From Azolla caroliniana (lineage: Eukaryota > Plantae > Polypodiophyta), in the NCBI GenBank assembly GCA_043228905.1, contig JBHGNT010000002.1, forward strand, positions 11,656,001-11,720,000: a DNA stretch of 64,000 nucleotides, written 5' to 3'. The notes beneath the pieces were generated by a model. The model did not search any database. It had not been told where the DNA came from and saw nothing but the letters and a program-made list of their open reading frames with translations. Numbering within the stretch: the stretch's first letter is position 1; every line of letters begins with the position of its first letter. The translations under genes were made by a program, and so were the position numbers. Shown piece after piece: positions 36,601 through 49,643 of the stretch.

Positions 36601-39600
36601 TGAGCGTTGCCTGTTTGCTGTGGATGTCTTCTCATCTCCTATGCTTCAGCAACATAATGGAAGATCCCACTTGGAAGCTATTGTGAAGGTTAGTGACATT
36701 CACTTTGGGTCGTCTTTGGAGAGCAGTTTTGCAGTTGGTGAAGGTGCTTCTGCCATAAGAGGGCTTATTATGAAATGCCAAGAACTGCACTTGAGATATA
36801 AAAAGGTCCCATTGGATAGTGATGATATCCCTGAATCATTAAATGAGGTGAATTCAACAAAAAATCCTCCTTCCCAGATCAGTGGGAAGAATCTCGTAAA
36901 TGCCAGAGGTGGTGTAATGGATTTCTTGTACTCAACACCTAAACAGGCACCATTTGATAGTCACGATATCTCTGAAGCATTAGATGAGGTGAAGGCAACA
37001 AAAAATCCTCCTTCCCATATGAGTAGAAAAAGTTTACCAGATGCGAAGGGTATTATAAGGTCTTACTTGCAGAACTCAGGGACAACCTTGAATGCAAGCC
37101 AAAAACTTGCCATAGAAACAGCTGCATTTCAAAGGGTAACTTTATGGCAAGGTCCACCAGGAACTGGGAAGACAAAGACTCTGACACATCTTATTGCTGC
37201 ATTGTGTAGACAACAATTAAAAGTGCTGGCCTGTGCGGATAGGTGGGTGAATTGACGTAGATGTGCATTTTTCCTGTTTTCTTAAGATGTGAATCCACCG
37301 GATGGAGCACTCACCAGGGGCCACGTTTACCGCATCAATTAATTTACATTCTGTCTAGGAATGTGGTGGTTGTCGGATTCTGCCAGCTCTCTTTTAATTC
37401 AGATGTGATTGCCTGAAATATTTAATCGGTTGTATTCAGCAATGTTGCAGTTGATAATATGGTTGAAGGCTTGCTGAAATTAGGTTTACAAGTTGTTCGT
37501 ATTGGTCAACCCGTTAAGGTAACCCTGCAGTGATTATGTTCTAATGGTATGTTCTATAAATTGTAATGGATAGATTGGATAAGGATATTTGTGTCTCATA
37601 GGGTAAAATTGAATTGTGAAGGTAAAATTTGATCTACATGAATGTACAATGGATGCTTTACTTGCAAAGCATCCTTTGATGAAAAGAGTCTTGGAAAAAA
37701 AGAGGAAATCAGCAGACCAAATGAGGAAATCAAGAGACTTGAATAACACTGGAAGGCGGGCAGATGGTGTAAATAATTCCAAGCTATTGTGGGAAAAGGC
37801 AGAGGATCTTGAAGCAAGAGCTTTGAAAGATGTTCTTGACAGGTTAGAACATTTCCATTACATCATAAAGCTATTTGCAATTTGTACATTTCATACGGCA
37901 GTTTATATATTTTAGGGCGGATGTTATTGCTTCTACTTGTATTGGTGCTGGGGATGAAGTTTTGATGAATCGTTCTTTCAATATCTGTGTAATTGATGAA
38001 GCAACCCAGGTTTGAGAAATTTTCATCCTTTGAGATTTCAGTTTCTAAATTATTCTATAATTTGTATGTATTCTTTGAATCTAAATTTCTAGGAATCTTG
38101 CCTTTTTCTGTCAAAACATTGACTCATTGTGAACTTGCTCTTCTTTTAGGCATTTGTAATATATGCGACTGTTTCATGTTTCTAGGCAACTGAACCGGCA
38201 ACATTGGTGCCAATATTGAGGAGTGGGGCAGATGGTATTGTGCTAGTTGGTGATCCAGCTCAACTTCCTCCCACTGTTTTGTCCTCAAAAGCTATAGTGG
38301 TATTTTTCTCGTATTTCAAATAATATTTTTTCCAATTGTTTTTTTTTCATAAATATTTTATGTGACTGATCATGTAACATTTTGATTCTTCATGAATACC
38401 AATACTTGTCTGTAGTTGGATGCTTAGCCTTTTTCATGTTTCAGTTTGATAGGTGTGCTACTTAAATAAATGTTGCCTGAGCTAATTCTAGTTGATATGA
38501 TAGTCATGTAAAGAAAATTTCCTTGTTTGCAAACTTAGACATGCTTATGTTTTTCTCCCAAATTTGTGTATCAAGCATTTGTTCAAATATCATGTCATCG
38601 ACCACCAAGGTCCAAGGACTACCTTCACCATGCAAAAAGTTTAATGTGTCTTACATTCTTTATTAAACTGACATTTCATGGCCTTTTTTCTATTGCATGT
38701 GGGTGAAAATGACACCAATCTCTCATTCTTTTACCCTAATTTGTGATTATGAAGATTTGACAGGGATAATGATGATGCTTTTCACATTAGTCAATACCTA
38801 TTTTATGTTACATGTTGGGTATTCATAATTACATTCCTAAGCCATTTAGTTGTTAGGAAATTAGAATAGAATTCATAAACAGTTGTAATCTTTGTCAAGC
38901 ATTGTAGGCCATTATGATCTTTCAGAGGTAATATATCTTTATATCTTCTTTTGTGCCATTGATAGTTGTAGTGGATGACAAGAATAAAAGGCTGAGAGTT
39001 TTGGTGGTGTTTTCATTGGCATGTGGTAGAAACTAGAGCATGCAATTAAATTCAATGGAAAATTAGAAGAGAATGGTTGAAGAAATACATGTTCTAGATA
39101 GTCTTGAACTGTCAATGTTATGCCATTAGTATACATCTTGACACATGTTTTTTATTGCCTCCGCATGTGATGGGGGAGTTATGATTTCATGACCAGCAGA
39201 ATAGTTACCAAAAGGCAGCTTTTTCAATGATACACCTGTTAGAAGTTGAGATGAAATTTTAACATGATTTCACAAGATTATGAATTGAAAAAAAACAATT
39301 TCCAAACATGTGTCAAATTTTTTATGAGACAATTATGGGATGAGACAATCTTTCTGTTTCAAACGTGGATTTGCAACAGAAACTTTTGAAACTAGCCTCA
39401 TCTTCTGATTTTTTCTGATATCCTTGAATTAGTATCATGTTTAAATGTGCAGGTACTAAACTAGGTTTTGCAACAAAAACTTTTGAAACTAGTCTCATCT
39501 TCAGTGTTTAAAGTACAATTGCTGATTTGATGTAAGGTATCTTGCTGTAATTATTAGTGCTCTTTGTTTGGCAACAAGTTAGCATATTGTTGAAAATGGA

Positions 39601-42600
39601 AAATGTAGAACCAATTTTTTGAATGAGGTATAGGAAAACATTTAGGCCTTCATGAAGTACTTCCTATCTGAATTCTCCTTGGTGTTGAATTCTGGGCATT
39701 AATTCTCCCTATTCTGCAGCCCCAAAGTTACACAAAAGCTCCAAGAACAAGAGGAGAAAAAAACCCTTAAAAGAAGAGAACCCTAAAACAATAGCCCAGG
39801 TCTCTTCTTATAGTCACTTCTCCACTTTACTTTGTGTTTGCTATTCTTATCACGAGTGCCTGATTCAATGTATGTGGCATCTTTTTATTTTCTGAATTCC
39901 CATAAGTGAACTGTGGTATTTCTGGTTGATGTGAGGCTCGAATGCGCAACTGTTGATTTGAAAGCCATTCACCTTAACCAATTGACTTACTGCTTAATGC
40001 CATATATCCTTTCCTCCTCTACTCACGAACCCGTTTTTGCTTTTTTAACCTTACTTCATACATCTGGTTTTAGCCATTTTATCTCATTGTGACCATAGCA
40101 CTTTATGACAACGCTCCCCCATTGTTGCTGCCTCCCCCATCCAAAGCCAGTTTACTCCACGGAATCCACTATCCCATAGGTGTGGCATAGTGTTGGACTT
40201 CCAGTGAGTGTGAAAATGGCACCAGAGAGCCACAATGTTAAAAGAAAGATGCTTAGAGAGGTTATTATTGAGAAGGCTACTATTAACGAAGTTATTATTA
40301 AAGAGGCTTAGATCAGAATGTGCATCAAGAGGCTATTATTTAAAGACGTATCATGCTGTCATTTAAAAATCACAATGGAGGACAAATCTAATAAATTTGA
40401 ATAAAGTTTTGCTCTTTTCATTTTGTTTTGAGTTTTCTCGTATGTCCAGATTATGCTAAAGACTATCATGCTGTCATGTATGTAAACATGTACCAAACGG
40501 AGTGAATGATATCAACTAGTACCACAATAGCTGTGTCAATGCGATTAGCTTTATTTCTAGCCATGTACATATATCAACATCACACTGCTGGTGAAGCATT
40601 TGACAATTTCAATGCCCCCCTCCACCTATGAAAAGTTTTGGCTCTGGAAGGTTTATCATTCTTGTTGTTGGTTTCTGCAGGAAGGTTTGGATGTGAGCCT
40701 TTATCAACATTTACAAGAATGTGGTCTAAATCCTTGCTTCCTTGATACACAATACAGGTGGTTACATTATTTTGAAGGTGCATTGAAAATAAGACATCAA
40801 ATTACTCTTCTTAGGAAAACTTCAAAATATCCCTCTTTTTTATTTCCTCTAATGGGTCAAAGTCTTAATTAGATCCCTAAATGCCCTTGCTCTACTGCTG
40901 AAGGAGAAATCAAGGGGATTCACTGACTATATAATCACTCAAATAGAACATATAATTGGGATGAAACTGGGAATGGAATTTACTCAAATGTCATGGATAA
41001 TTGCTTGAACAGACATTCGGGGGAATAATGAAAAGTCAAATTCATTTTGAGAATAAATGAACTCAAGGAAACAGACTTCAAGGAAATTTTGGAGTCTTCT
41101 CTTTTTTTGACATAGAGTTTTCAATAAATTATGCCATTAAGTTGCCATCAAGTTATGGTGAAGAGATGTTTTTCTGATCTTAATTATATATTTTCTCAGT
41201 AACTTTACAACAGGTAAAATTATAACGTTGATAGAATATATATATATATATATAGATATATATGTATGTATGTATTCACTTTGATATCTTGCACACACGG
41301 ATCAAATAGTGGCAAATGAAAGAAGTGACAGACTGGTATACTGATTTCTATATTCTGGCAACACAAGGGCTTTAATTTGGTAGTCTCTCAATAGAGGGAC
41401 AGAACCTATACCATTCTCAAGGTTCATTTCTAGCTTTCTGTTGGATAAGGTTGATTTATTGCCAAACTTATTCATGAACATCGAAACTGAAATCATGATT
41501 CACATTCAGATGTTATTTTAGTACTTGGTACACAAAAGTGAATACAGATGATTCTATAATTTAGTCCCATGCTTTGGACCATTTTGATTTGATTAATTTT
41601 GCTTGAGAGTTTGTTTGTTTGCTTTGGACCAAATGACCAAAGTGGAAAAGAATAGAGTGATCTGAATTGATATTATTAACTTGGAAAACAAGATAACATG
41701 GATCAGCCCCAAAATACCACTTGGTACAAAGATGGCCCACTATAAGACACACTTCTTACATACATCGGAGGATGGATTCGTCATCAGGCCACCTTATATG
41801 GACATACATCTATCCTATGCGTTGCGTAGTTTGATAGGGCAGCTAAGAACTTCATCACATCAGCTATAGATTGAGGTAGGTAGATATACACGACTACCTC
41901 TAGAAGAGAGAATTTGCCAATTGTGTCATCAAGGAGTGGAATCTGAAGAACACTATGTTTGTCATTGTAGTGTCTTTTATGAAATCAGAGGGAGACACCA
42001 TTGCCTCTTTAAACAAGGCTTTGGCCCACTACATAAGGTAATGGAATATGAGGACCAACGATGCCTAGGACTTTTCTTGCTAGAGCTCAAGAGACATCGG
42101 GAAAAGTTGCTGAAGAATACAGCCACACAAGCTCATCCACAAAGAACAATCACAACTTTCTTTAGCCCCATCACTCCTACTAATGCTACAAGTCAATCAC
42201 GGGATACACAAATGGGCTCCCGACCAGGACATAACAAAGGGGTTACAATTGATCGGGCAATAGCAATTTGCTGTGCACGTAGGCCCCGCCTCCATGGACC
42301 ACGCCTTCGACACCCTTGTCATCGACAGATAAAAGCCATTATCGCCCGTCATCGTAGATGCTTCCCTTGCTTTGGAGACATTTCCATTCTGGATCGACCT
42401 ATGCTAGAGATCTTTTGAAGACAAAAGCTACAATATACCTAACTTGAGAATCTCACATGTGCCAAAAACTAGATTCCCTCGTTTCTTCTCTTTTCATCTT
42501 ATTTACTTTTATATTTACTGTGTAATTTATTTATTTTTGATTTGTTCTCAAAGATGAGACAACACTCAAGATATAATCTCTTAATTGGTCTTATAGGCCA

Positions 42601-44738
42601 TTTTGGCCTCTTAAAAGATGTTAATATATCTTTCTTTCTTTCTTTCTTTCTTACCTAGGAAATCTGATATCTTTCATAAACATGCATGAAATGTTCCTTG
42701 CAAGTATTTCAACGTTAGAGCAACACATATTCAAATGATTTTTGGATGATGATGTTTCTGTATTGGAACTCATGCAGGATGCATCCAGAAATTTCGGCAT
42801 TACCTTCCAAATTATTCTACTCTGGAAGATTGAGGACAGAATTGTTACCCTCTGATAGGCCAGCGCCATGTGGGTTAGTATTTAGCATGTAAAGGTAATT
42901 TGTGTAGTGCATGAAACCAACTGTGGTAGGATATGCATCATTTGCAACAAAACAGGTAAGGATAGCGGGAGAAGTTTGGAAAGAGAGGGCTGGTTAGTTG
43001 TGAATGTTCAGCGCTGCAGAAATATTAAAATTTCTTATCCTTGATCATCAAAATGTTGTTCATGGTAGAAACAGTAGTCACCACCATTATAAAGTTTTTT
43101 AAGTATAATATTCACTTCCGTCAAAACCCAAGGCATCGTGTTGGCCATGGCCAAGGATATGCATCATTTGCAACAAAACAGGTAAGGATAGTGGGAAAAG
43201 TTTGGAAGGGATAGCTGGTTAATTGTGAACATTCAATGCTGCAGAAATATTAAAATTTCTTATCCTTGATCATCAAAATGTTTTTAACGGTAGAAACAGT
43301 AGTCATTGTTATTATAAAGTTTTTGAAGTATAATATTCACTTCCTTCAAAACCCAAGGCATCGTGTTGGCCATGTGCACTCAATCACTCACTCAAATCCA
43401 TACAGTAAGAATCTTTGTCTTATAAAATTATTTTGTACCATAATCTATAAGGTTAGTTATTTATTATATTAACAAAGTCTCAGCCTTACAAGATTGATAT
43501 TTATTTGGTTATTGTACTCTATAAAGTCGATGAGTCAAATTTTATTTATTAGCAAGTCAGATTTATAGCAATATCTCACACATAGATGTAATTCAAACAA
43601 CCAGTACAATAAAACTTTGTAGACTTTCTTCCATGATAATGTATTTGAGTCAGTTGATAGATTATGTCATTCAAAATATTATTTTATCCATCTTGCATTG
43701 GGAAACCTCTTGCAACCTCATAGTCTGTAATTATCATCATAATCCAATTCATAACTATTTTGTGCATTTTAAGTTTGAAGGTGTATGTATATTGGTTCCT
43801 ATTGTACAATGGGGATTCCGTGCGATTTTCTGTATCCTTGTAAGTGCTTCATGTATCTTAAACATCATGCCAATCTTTTAACAGGTTTCATGTTTATTAT
43901 TTTTGGTTTTTTCTAGGTTTCATTGGCCAGATAAGGGAAAACCCATCACTTTTGTGGATTGTTTGGATGGTAAAGAAGAGTCTACATTTGATGGAAATTC
44001 CATGTTTAATCACGCGGAGGCAAGCCTGGTTTGTGTTTTTGTTTTCTATTCCTACGTTTACTGTTAGATAACATTAACTCATTTTGTATTGTATGATTAC
44101 CTGATGATTTGATATAACTATGCTGGGTATTTATGGCAGGTTCTCAAGGTTCTACAGCTTCTAAAATCTGGAAATGACATACAAAATGGGTGGGAAGGTA
44201 TTGGAGTGATTTCTCCATACAATGCACAAGTAAGCTTTCTAATTGGTCACTAGTGAGAGTCACTGCCCAATAAACACGATGTGCAAATTGTCACATAGGG
44301 AAGCTTATGGACCTATGGTCACTTGTTGAGACAGGTCAGACTACTGCATGATATGTTGTTTCTTGATGGTAATGGCAAGGATGACAAATTCTTCGGGCTT
44401 GAGGTTAAGACCGTGGATGGATTCCAAGGAAGAGAAAAGGAGGCGAGTTCTTCTAAAGTTTCATAAAGTATGACATGTAGAAAACAACACTAACATGTAT
44501 GTAATGTGTTTTTTTTCAGGTTATTGTCTTCTCAACAGTTCGATCCAATGGCAAAGGCCAGCTTGGATTTGTAAGTGATCCTCGCCGTATGAATGTAGCA
44601 CTAACCAGGGCCAAGTGTGGTTTAATAGTTATAGGAAATTCTAAAACACTAGAGCATGACAAGAGTTGGGCTATTTGGCTTACTTATATGAGAAAGCATA
44701 ACCTTATTTCTGTACCAAAATCTTGTGAACCTTGCTAG
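30625..44738 (+). CDS. Superfamily-1 UPF1/IGHMBP2-like RNA/DNA helicase, 15 exons, 845 aa, possible organellar transit peptide
   Basis: Exons 30625-30945, 31042-31157, 31725-31794, 36163-36248, 36508-37242, 37440-37518, 37622-37842, 37916-38009, 38186-38299, 40681-40757, 42778-42873, 43917-44028, 44140-44229, 44335-44442 and 44520-44738 splice in phase (2538 nt). Motifs QGPPGTGKT, SNVAVDN, VIDEATQ, VGDPAQLPP, QYRMHP, ISPYNAQ, TVDGFQGREKE, RMNVALTRAK. Confidence 0.92.
33326..33870 (+). pseudogene. Old Copia gag remnant in intron 3
   Basis: FDGQGFDLWKNRM..FLKDCEDAL..DWVQMNKKVVAYAKMCV and WETLVVSLSN, with many frameshifts. Confidence 0.7.
41560..42650 (+). mobile_element. 5'-truncated LINE 3' end (RTE-X/L2-like C-terminal Zn finger) in intron 10
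   Basis: LRTSSHQL*IEVGRY..EERICQLCHQGVESEEHYVCHCSVFYEIR, followed by a 3' UTR ending in a (TCTT)n tail at about 42628-42650. Left boundary approximate. Confidence 0.75.
42929..43374. repeat. Approx. 226-bp tandem duplication in intron 11
   Basis: ggatatgcatcatttgcaacaaaacaggtaaggatag at 42929 and 43155; both copies end gcatcgtgttggccatg. Confidence 0.9.
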
Positions 44739-45769
44739 GAACCTTAAGGGAAAATATTGAATCATCCATCATTATTGTAAATTTATATGTATAATTTTTT
44801 CATGTAATATAGTAATTTTTAATTTTGAGGTTCTGAACTAATTGGCGTGAGCAAATATGAACAACCAATGGGGTATTTCTTGGCATATCATAATTTATCG
44901 TGATTGGTCAAGGAGCAAAAGTTCTTGAACTGATTGCTCAGTCTGATTGATAATGATTGATTAAGTAGCAGCAGTAGCCACATCATTCAGAAAGTTACAA
45001 TGGCTCATTCATAAGTTAATGCTAATATTGTGGCTTCAATTAAGCCCGGTGTCTATTGCATGTTAGACAAGTGCCTACTGCCCATATTAGACAAGAAATT
45101 AATGCATAATTTTGCTTGTAAATAGGCATTCGTCTGTGATGGAACACCAAAGATGAGATAGGGCTAGACAGAAACCAGTTTTCTTGAGTGATTAGCAATT
45201 AGGTAAGTCTGAATGAGAGTGAAAACCAAAGGTTAAGGTTAAATTGAGAATTAATTCTTCTTGGTGGAAATAGTGCACTTCTTCTGGTGGACGGGCAATT
45301 TGCATCTCCTAGTTTTCAGTGGTGGTAACTTGGATGTAGCAAGGTTTCAAATCTTGATGTTGATCATTTTATTTCTGATGCTCATATGCAAAACTCATGC
45401 AAAGAAGAGTATGCAGACACGATGTGTTAAGTACCTGTTGTATGTAACATGATACCTGAAGACATTGGCACCAAGCCAATAGAACATTAGAGAAAAGGGG
45501 AATAGAACAAAATTCCCTTCAAAACTTTAGCCCAAATGGCCATCAAATTGTGAAGCGACTTTTGTAGCTCTTCTTCCCTCTTGAATTTTTCTCTCTTCCT
45601 ATAACCTAATCTTGAGCTTTCTCCCATTTCCTTAATCTTTCACGTAAGTGTGTAAAGTGATTAAGTTAAGCACTAACTCACTATGTGATTCACCAAAAAT
45701 AATGTGTTTGATTATGTCATGATGATAGATTGTGGGGAAGTGTCTTGCTTGATTGGGAGTGGTTAGAAG

Positions 45770-47093
45770 GTACATGGAAACCTTAGCATAAACATTGGGA
45801 AGTAGTGAAAGGTATTATGAGATACCTCAAAGGCCAAAGGATTTGTGCATTTGCTTATCGTTGGCTTTATGAATGTGTAGACTATATTGATAATGTAGGT
45901 TGCAAAAAGTCCACTTTTGTATGTGTTTACATTCACATGAGGAACAATATCTTGAATGTCTATTTTAGCAAAGGGTGTTCCATTCTCTATTGCATAGGCA
46001 CAATATGTGGTTGGCACTAAGGCATGCAAGGAGGGTTTTTGGATTTCATGTTTGGTGGGAGATCTTGGCACTATAGAATTATCTGTTCTTTGTTGTGATA
46101 GTCGAAGTGCATAATGCTAGCATGAATCTTGTCTTTCATGCAAAGATGAAGCACATACAAGTGAATTATTACTTTAACAGAGATGTACTTGACATGAAGA
46201 GCATTGACCTTGTCAAAGTGCCTATGGATGAGAATCCTTCATATCTTCTTATGAAGATTCTACCATAAGGGCGGCTTGCTCATGGTCGACAAAAGATGGG
46301 AGTTGGATAGATATTTGTATTTTAGCTTTGTACATACTTAGTTGATCCTTTGTCCTCTCAAGGCAAATTGCCTTTGGGTGGGAGGTTGTTGGAAATAAAT
46401 GACATTGTGCCTTTTACTAGTAAATAAATGTGAATGCACCATTAGTACACTTTGACCTTCATATACATCTATATCTATCTATCTATCTATCTATCTAAAG
46501 AGGTAACACCCCAAAAAGATTTGTTTGTACATCTCCTTTATCTTCCATTCGAATTAGAAATGATTACGGTTGGGAGCTAATTAAGCCAAACCCTAACCCC
46601 TCTATTATTGTATGTGTGCTAAACCTCTTTCTTAGTAAGTGGTGTAATAATCATATTTTGTCATCTTTTTCTATTAATCTACTTCCATTACGAGCGAGAG
46701 TAACACGATAGAGAGTGTGTTAGCACTTATCACTATGGTTGGTTAAGTTAGCAGCTCAAGAGTGACTAAGAACCGCTCTTGCCCAGTTCACTACCAATAG
46801 GGTATATGTCGAATATGGGTTTCTAATGGAAGTATTCACACTATCCTATTTGGATAGTTTAGGTTTTAGGCCACTTATGTAAATAATGAAAAGGACAGTT
46901 GCCCTAAGTTAGTTGGTATTTAAACTGGCTCTTGTAACCTAGTTTTGTGGTTGTTCTTCATCTTGTATATTGTGTTGTTGTAACTCTGAGAATAATATAG
47001 TTACATCTTGTTGTGCCTAACTCTTTCTCTTCCCATTGTTGCTTTCATATGGGAAGCTTCAAAATCTTGAATATGAAGATAATGATTCCAACA
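45770..47093 (+). mobile_element. Old Copia 3' fragment: RNase H relic, PPT and LTR (46387-47093)
   Basis: HWEVVKGIMRYLKG and HAKMKHIQVNYYF..VKVPMDENP; purine tract gggtgggagg, then TGTTGG..CCAACA. Confidence 0.7.
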
Positions 47094-47199
47094 CTCTTCT
47101 CTTGGATGTGGAAAGCTCGGGTGGGAATTGACGTGTCTAAGTCGATGAAGCCAACTTAGTGGCTAATTGTTGCCATCCCAAAAATTTACGTAAAGACTT

Positions 47200-48257
47200 A
47201 CAAACAAAAAATAATTTGATTGTTGCACTCTGCCCTTATGTTACCAGGGAGCTTATGATCACCGAAGTTGAGGCACCTCCAAAACCATCTCGGAAGTCCA
47301 AACCGAAACATAAGAAGTACCAGAATTGAGCTAAGCTTGATGATGCCGAATTTGATGTCTTGGAGTTTGTGGAAGAGGAGCAACAAGTCGAAGTTGTTCC
47401 TCCTAGAGGGCATATATCATCAAGCATATTGAAGTCCGAGCAGAATCGATTAAGATAAAACATTGTAAAGACGGAACTAGTACGTAAAGGCTAGCTTTTC
47501 CATTTGCCTATCTGTTCAATTAAAGGCCACTAGTAGATCCTGTGACAGGAAGACATCCATTGGAAATCCAAGAGCTCCATATTGTGCACGTGCAGAACCT
47601 CAAGAACAAAATGAAGATTAATACACATGCAACAATAGTTCCATTCCTCGTAATGGTTGATCTTGATCAATGCCTCACAATAGTGGATTTCAAGTATGGT
47701 TCTGCTGATGAGTGTACTTAATATGTTATTGGAGGATCCCATTCGGCTGAATCCCGACGTCAACTTGTCAAAGAATATCCTCTGACGCCATGCTTCAAGT
47801 ACACCGAATGTAAAGTCTATGCAGGTCTTACTCATGAAGAGGCCAATCTGTTAGCTTGGGACCATAATATTGATAATGATTACAAACAAAAGATGTCTTG
47901 TATTGAGCGAATAAGATTTTTTCATCATGGGTACGTCAATGCATTGCAAAGATATAGTCTTAGACTACATCCTGGACTACGTCGACAATGTTTGTTGGAG
48001 GTGGGTATAACGATTGATGAAAGCACGAAGTCAGAAGGATTGCGAAAATATGATTCGTGGTTTCAGCAAGCCTTTAGAACAAAGGAGGTATGGGATTTGC
48101 AAGATAAAATATTTAGCATGTGGGAGCGAAAGAGGTGAAAGGACAACGGGAAAAGATGGTTAAGATAGATCCTCAAGTGGAGATAAAGTAAAAGTCACGT
48201 AAAAGTGACTTCATAATCGAGGAGTTACCAGAAGATATGAAGTTACTTCCGTGGCGG
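47200..48257 (+). pseudogene. Degenerate ParB/Srx-like domain ORF, probably TE-borne, truncated by an LTR
   Basis: Frame from 47521 reads HVQNLKNKMKIN..IVPFLVMVD..*YVIGGSHSAESRRQLVKEYP..CKVYAGLTHEEANLLAWDHN..KMSCIERI, resembling the ParB N-terminal fold pattern. Internal stops. Confidence 0.55.
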
Positions 48258-49061
48258 TGTTGTGAAGATTTCCGGCTACTGTGAGAAACTTGGGTAGGAC
48301 AAATAAAATGGGGATGTGCAACATTGCACATTCACTTGTAAATTTGTATAATGAGAATAAGATAACAAAATGTAAGGGGAAGGGTAATAATCTAAGGTGC
48401 TAAAGGTGCACCATGAGGTTCGTAGAGGCATAAAGGTGATGTGCACTTTGTAGACTAGAGGAAAGTACATGAAGAATGGGTGTAGGGAGTAGTGGGCATC
48501 GAGTGTGAATGTGATAGGAGAGAGAGTTAAAGGCCCACCGATAAGATCAAGGAAAAATATTCACCATTGAAAGAAGGGGATTTGACCTCTCCTTTTGTAA
48601 TCTGCCTCACCCCTTACTACTATAAAAGGGAATGAGGGGTCTGTTGTGAAGGGGTTGCCTATTTTGAGTGAGAGAGGTATACCACTTAGGTCGAGGGGTT
48701 CTATTCGGTTTTAAGGGTTTCTTCTAGGGTTTTCTTCTTGGGTTTCTTTTAGGGTTTCTATGCTTCTTTGCTTACTTATCCGGTTAGGGTTTTCTTGTAG
48801 TCATTTTGGGTGCAGCCTATGCGGCCTATGCGGCCTTGGTTGTAATCTTTTGTGAACTCTTAATATAGCATGTTGATGTTTCTTGTCTTGTCGGTGTATC
48901 TTGCCTCTATCTATTCTATTCTATGTTTATGTGCTATTCTTCCTCTTCTCCTCTTGAGCTAAGCTTCCATTTTGTGTCTTATTCCTTCTCCTCTACTCCC
49001 TAGTCCAAGACCCCCGTGGTCCCGCCTCGGATCCTACATGTACTCGCGGAATACTGCGACA
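48258..49061 (+). mobile_element. Solo or recombinant LTR related to the fungal-like Gypsy family
   Basis: TGTTGTGAAG..TGCGACA termini; TATAAAAGGG at about 48621; 3' motif tagtccaagacccc shared (as rc) with 8611-8625 and 62951-62966. No TSD. Confidence 0.7.
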
Positions 49062-49643
49062 CCGCTAACAAATACTTCACGTGACCGATTTCTTCCAGGT
49101 CGATGCTAGTGATGACTAAGGCATCTACATATAGCAAAATGCTTATCGGCCCATGCCGACCATGCCGGATGAAAAGCGAAGAGTCTGACTTCGACATAGC
49201 AAACCCCATCTAACGCAGTCGCTGCGTGATCATCGCATTCCAAGCCCGTGGGGCTTGCTTGAGTTCATAGAGGGACTTCTTCAGTCGACAGATAGCCGAC
49301 ATGTTCAATCTGATCTAAAATCCGAGGGGCTGCACCATGTATACCTGTTCCTCAAGTTCTCTTTGCATGAACGCATTCTTCATGTCCATTTGATGTAGAT
49401 TTCATCCCTTTATCGCTGCTACTGCCAGCAACACCCAGACAGTTGTCATGTCGGCAGCTGGCGCGAATGTCTCGTCATAGTCGATGTCGTGCTGCTGTGT
49501 GTAGCCTTTAGCCACCAATTGGGCCTTGTGACAGTGAATGGAGCCGTTGACATTGTACTTTACCTTGTACACCCACCTCCATTCGATCAATTTCACGCCC
49601 TTGGGGGTTCAACCAAGTCCCAATGGTCATTCTGCACCAATGT

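Noticed and set aside
30625-44738. Naming the gene UPF1
   Set aside because: It lacks the N-terminal CH zinc domain and the SQ-rich tail; orthology cannot be established by eye.
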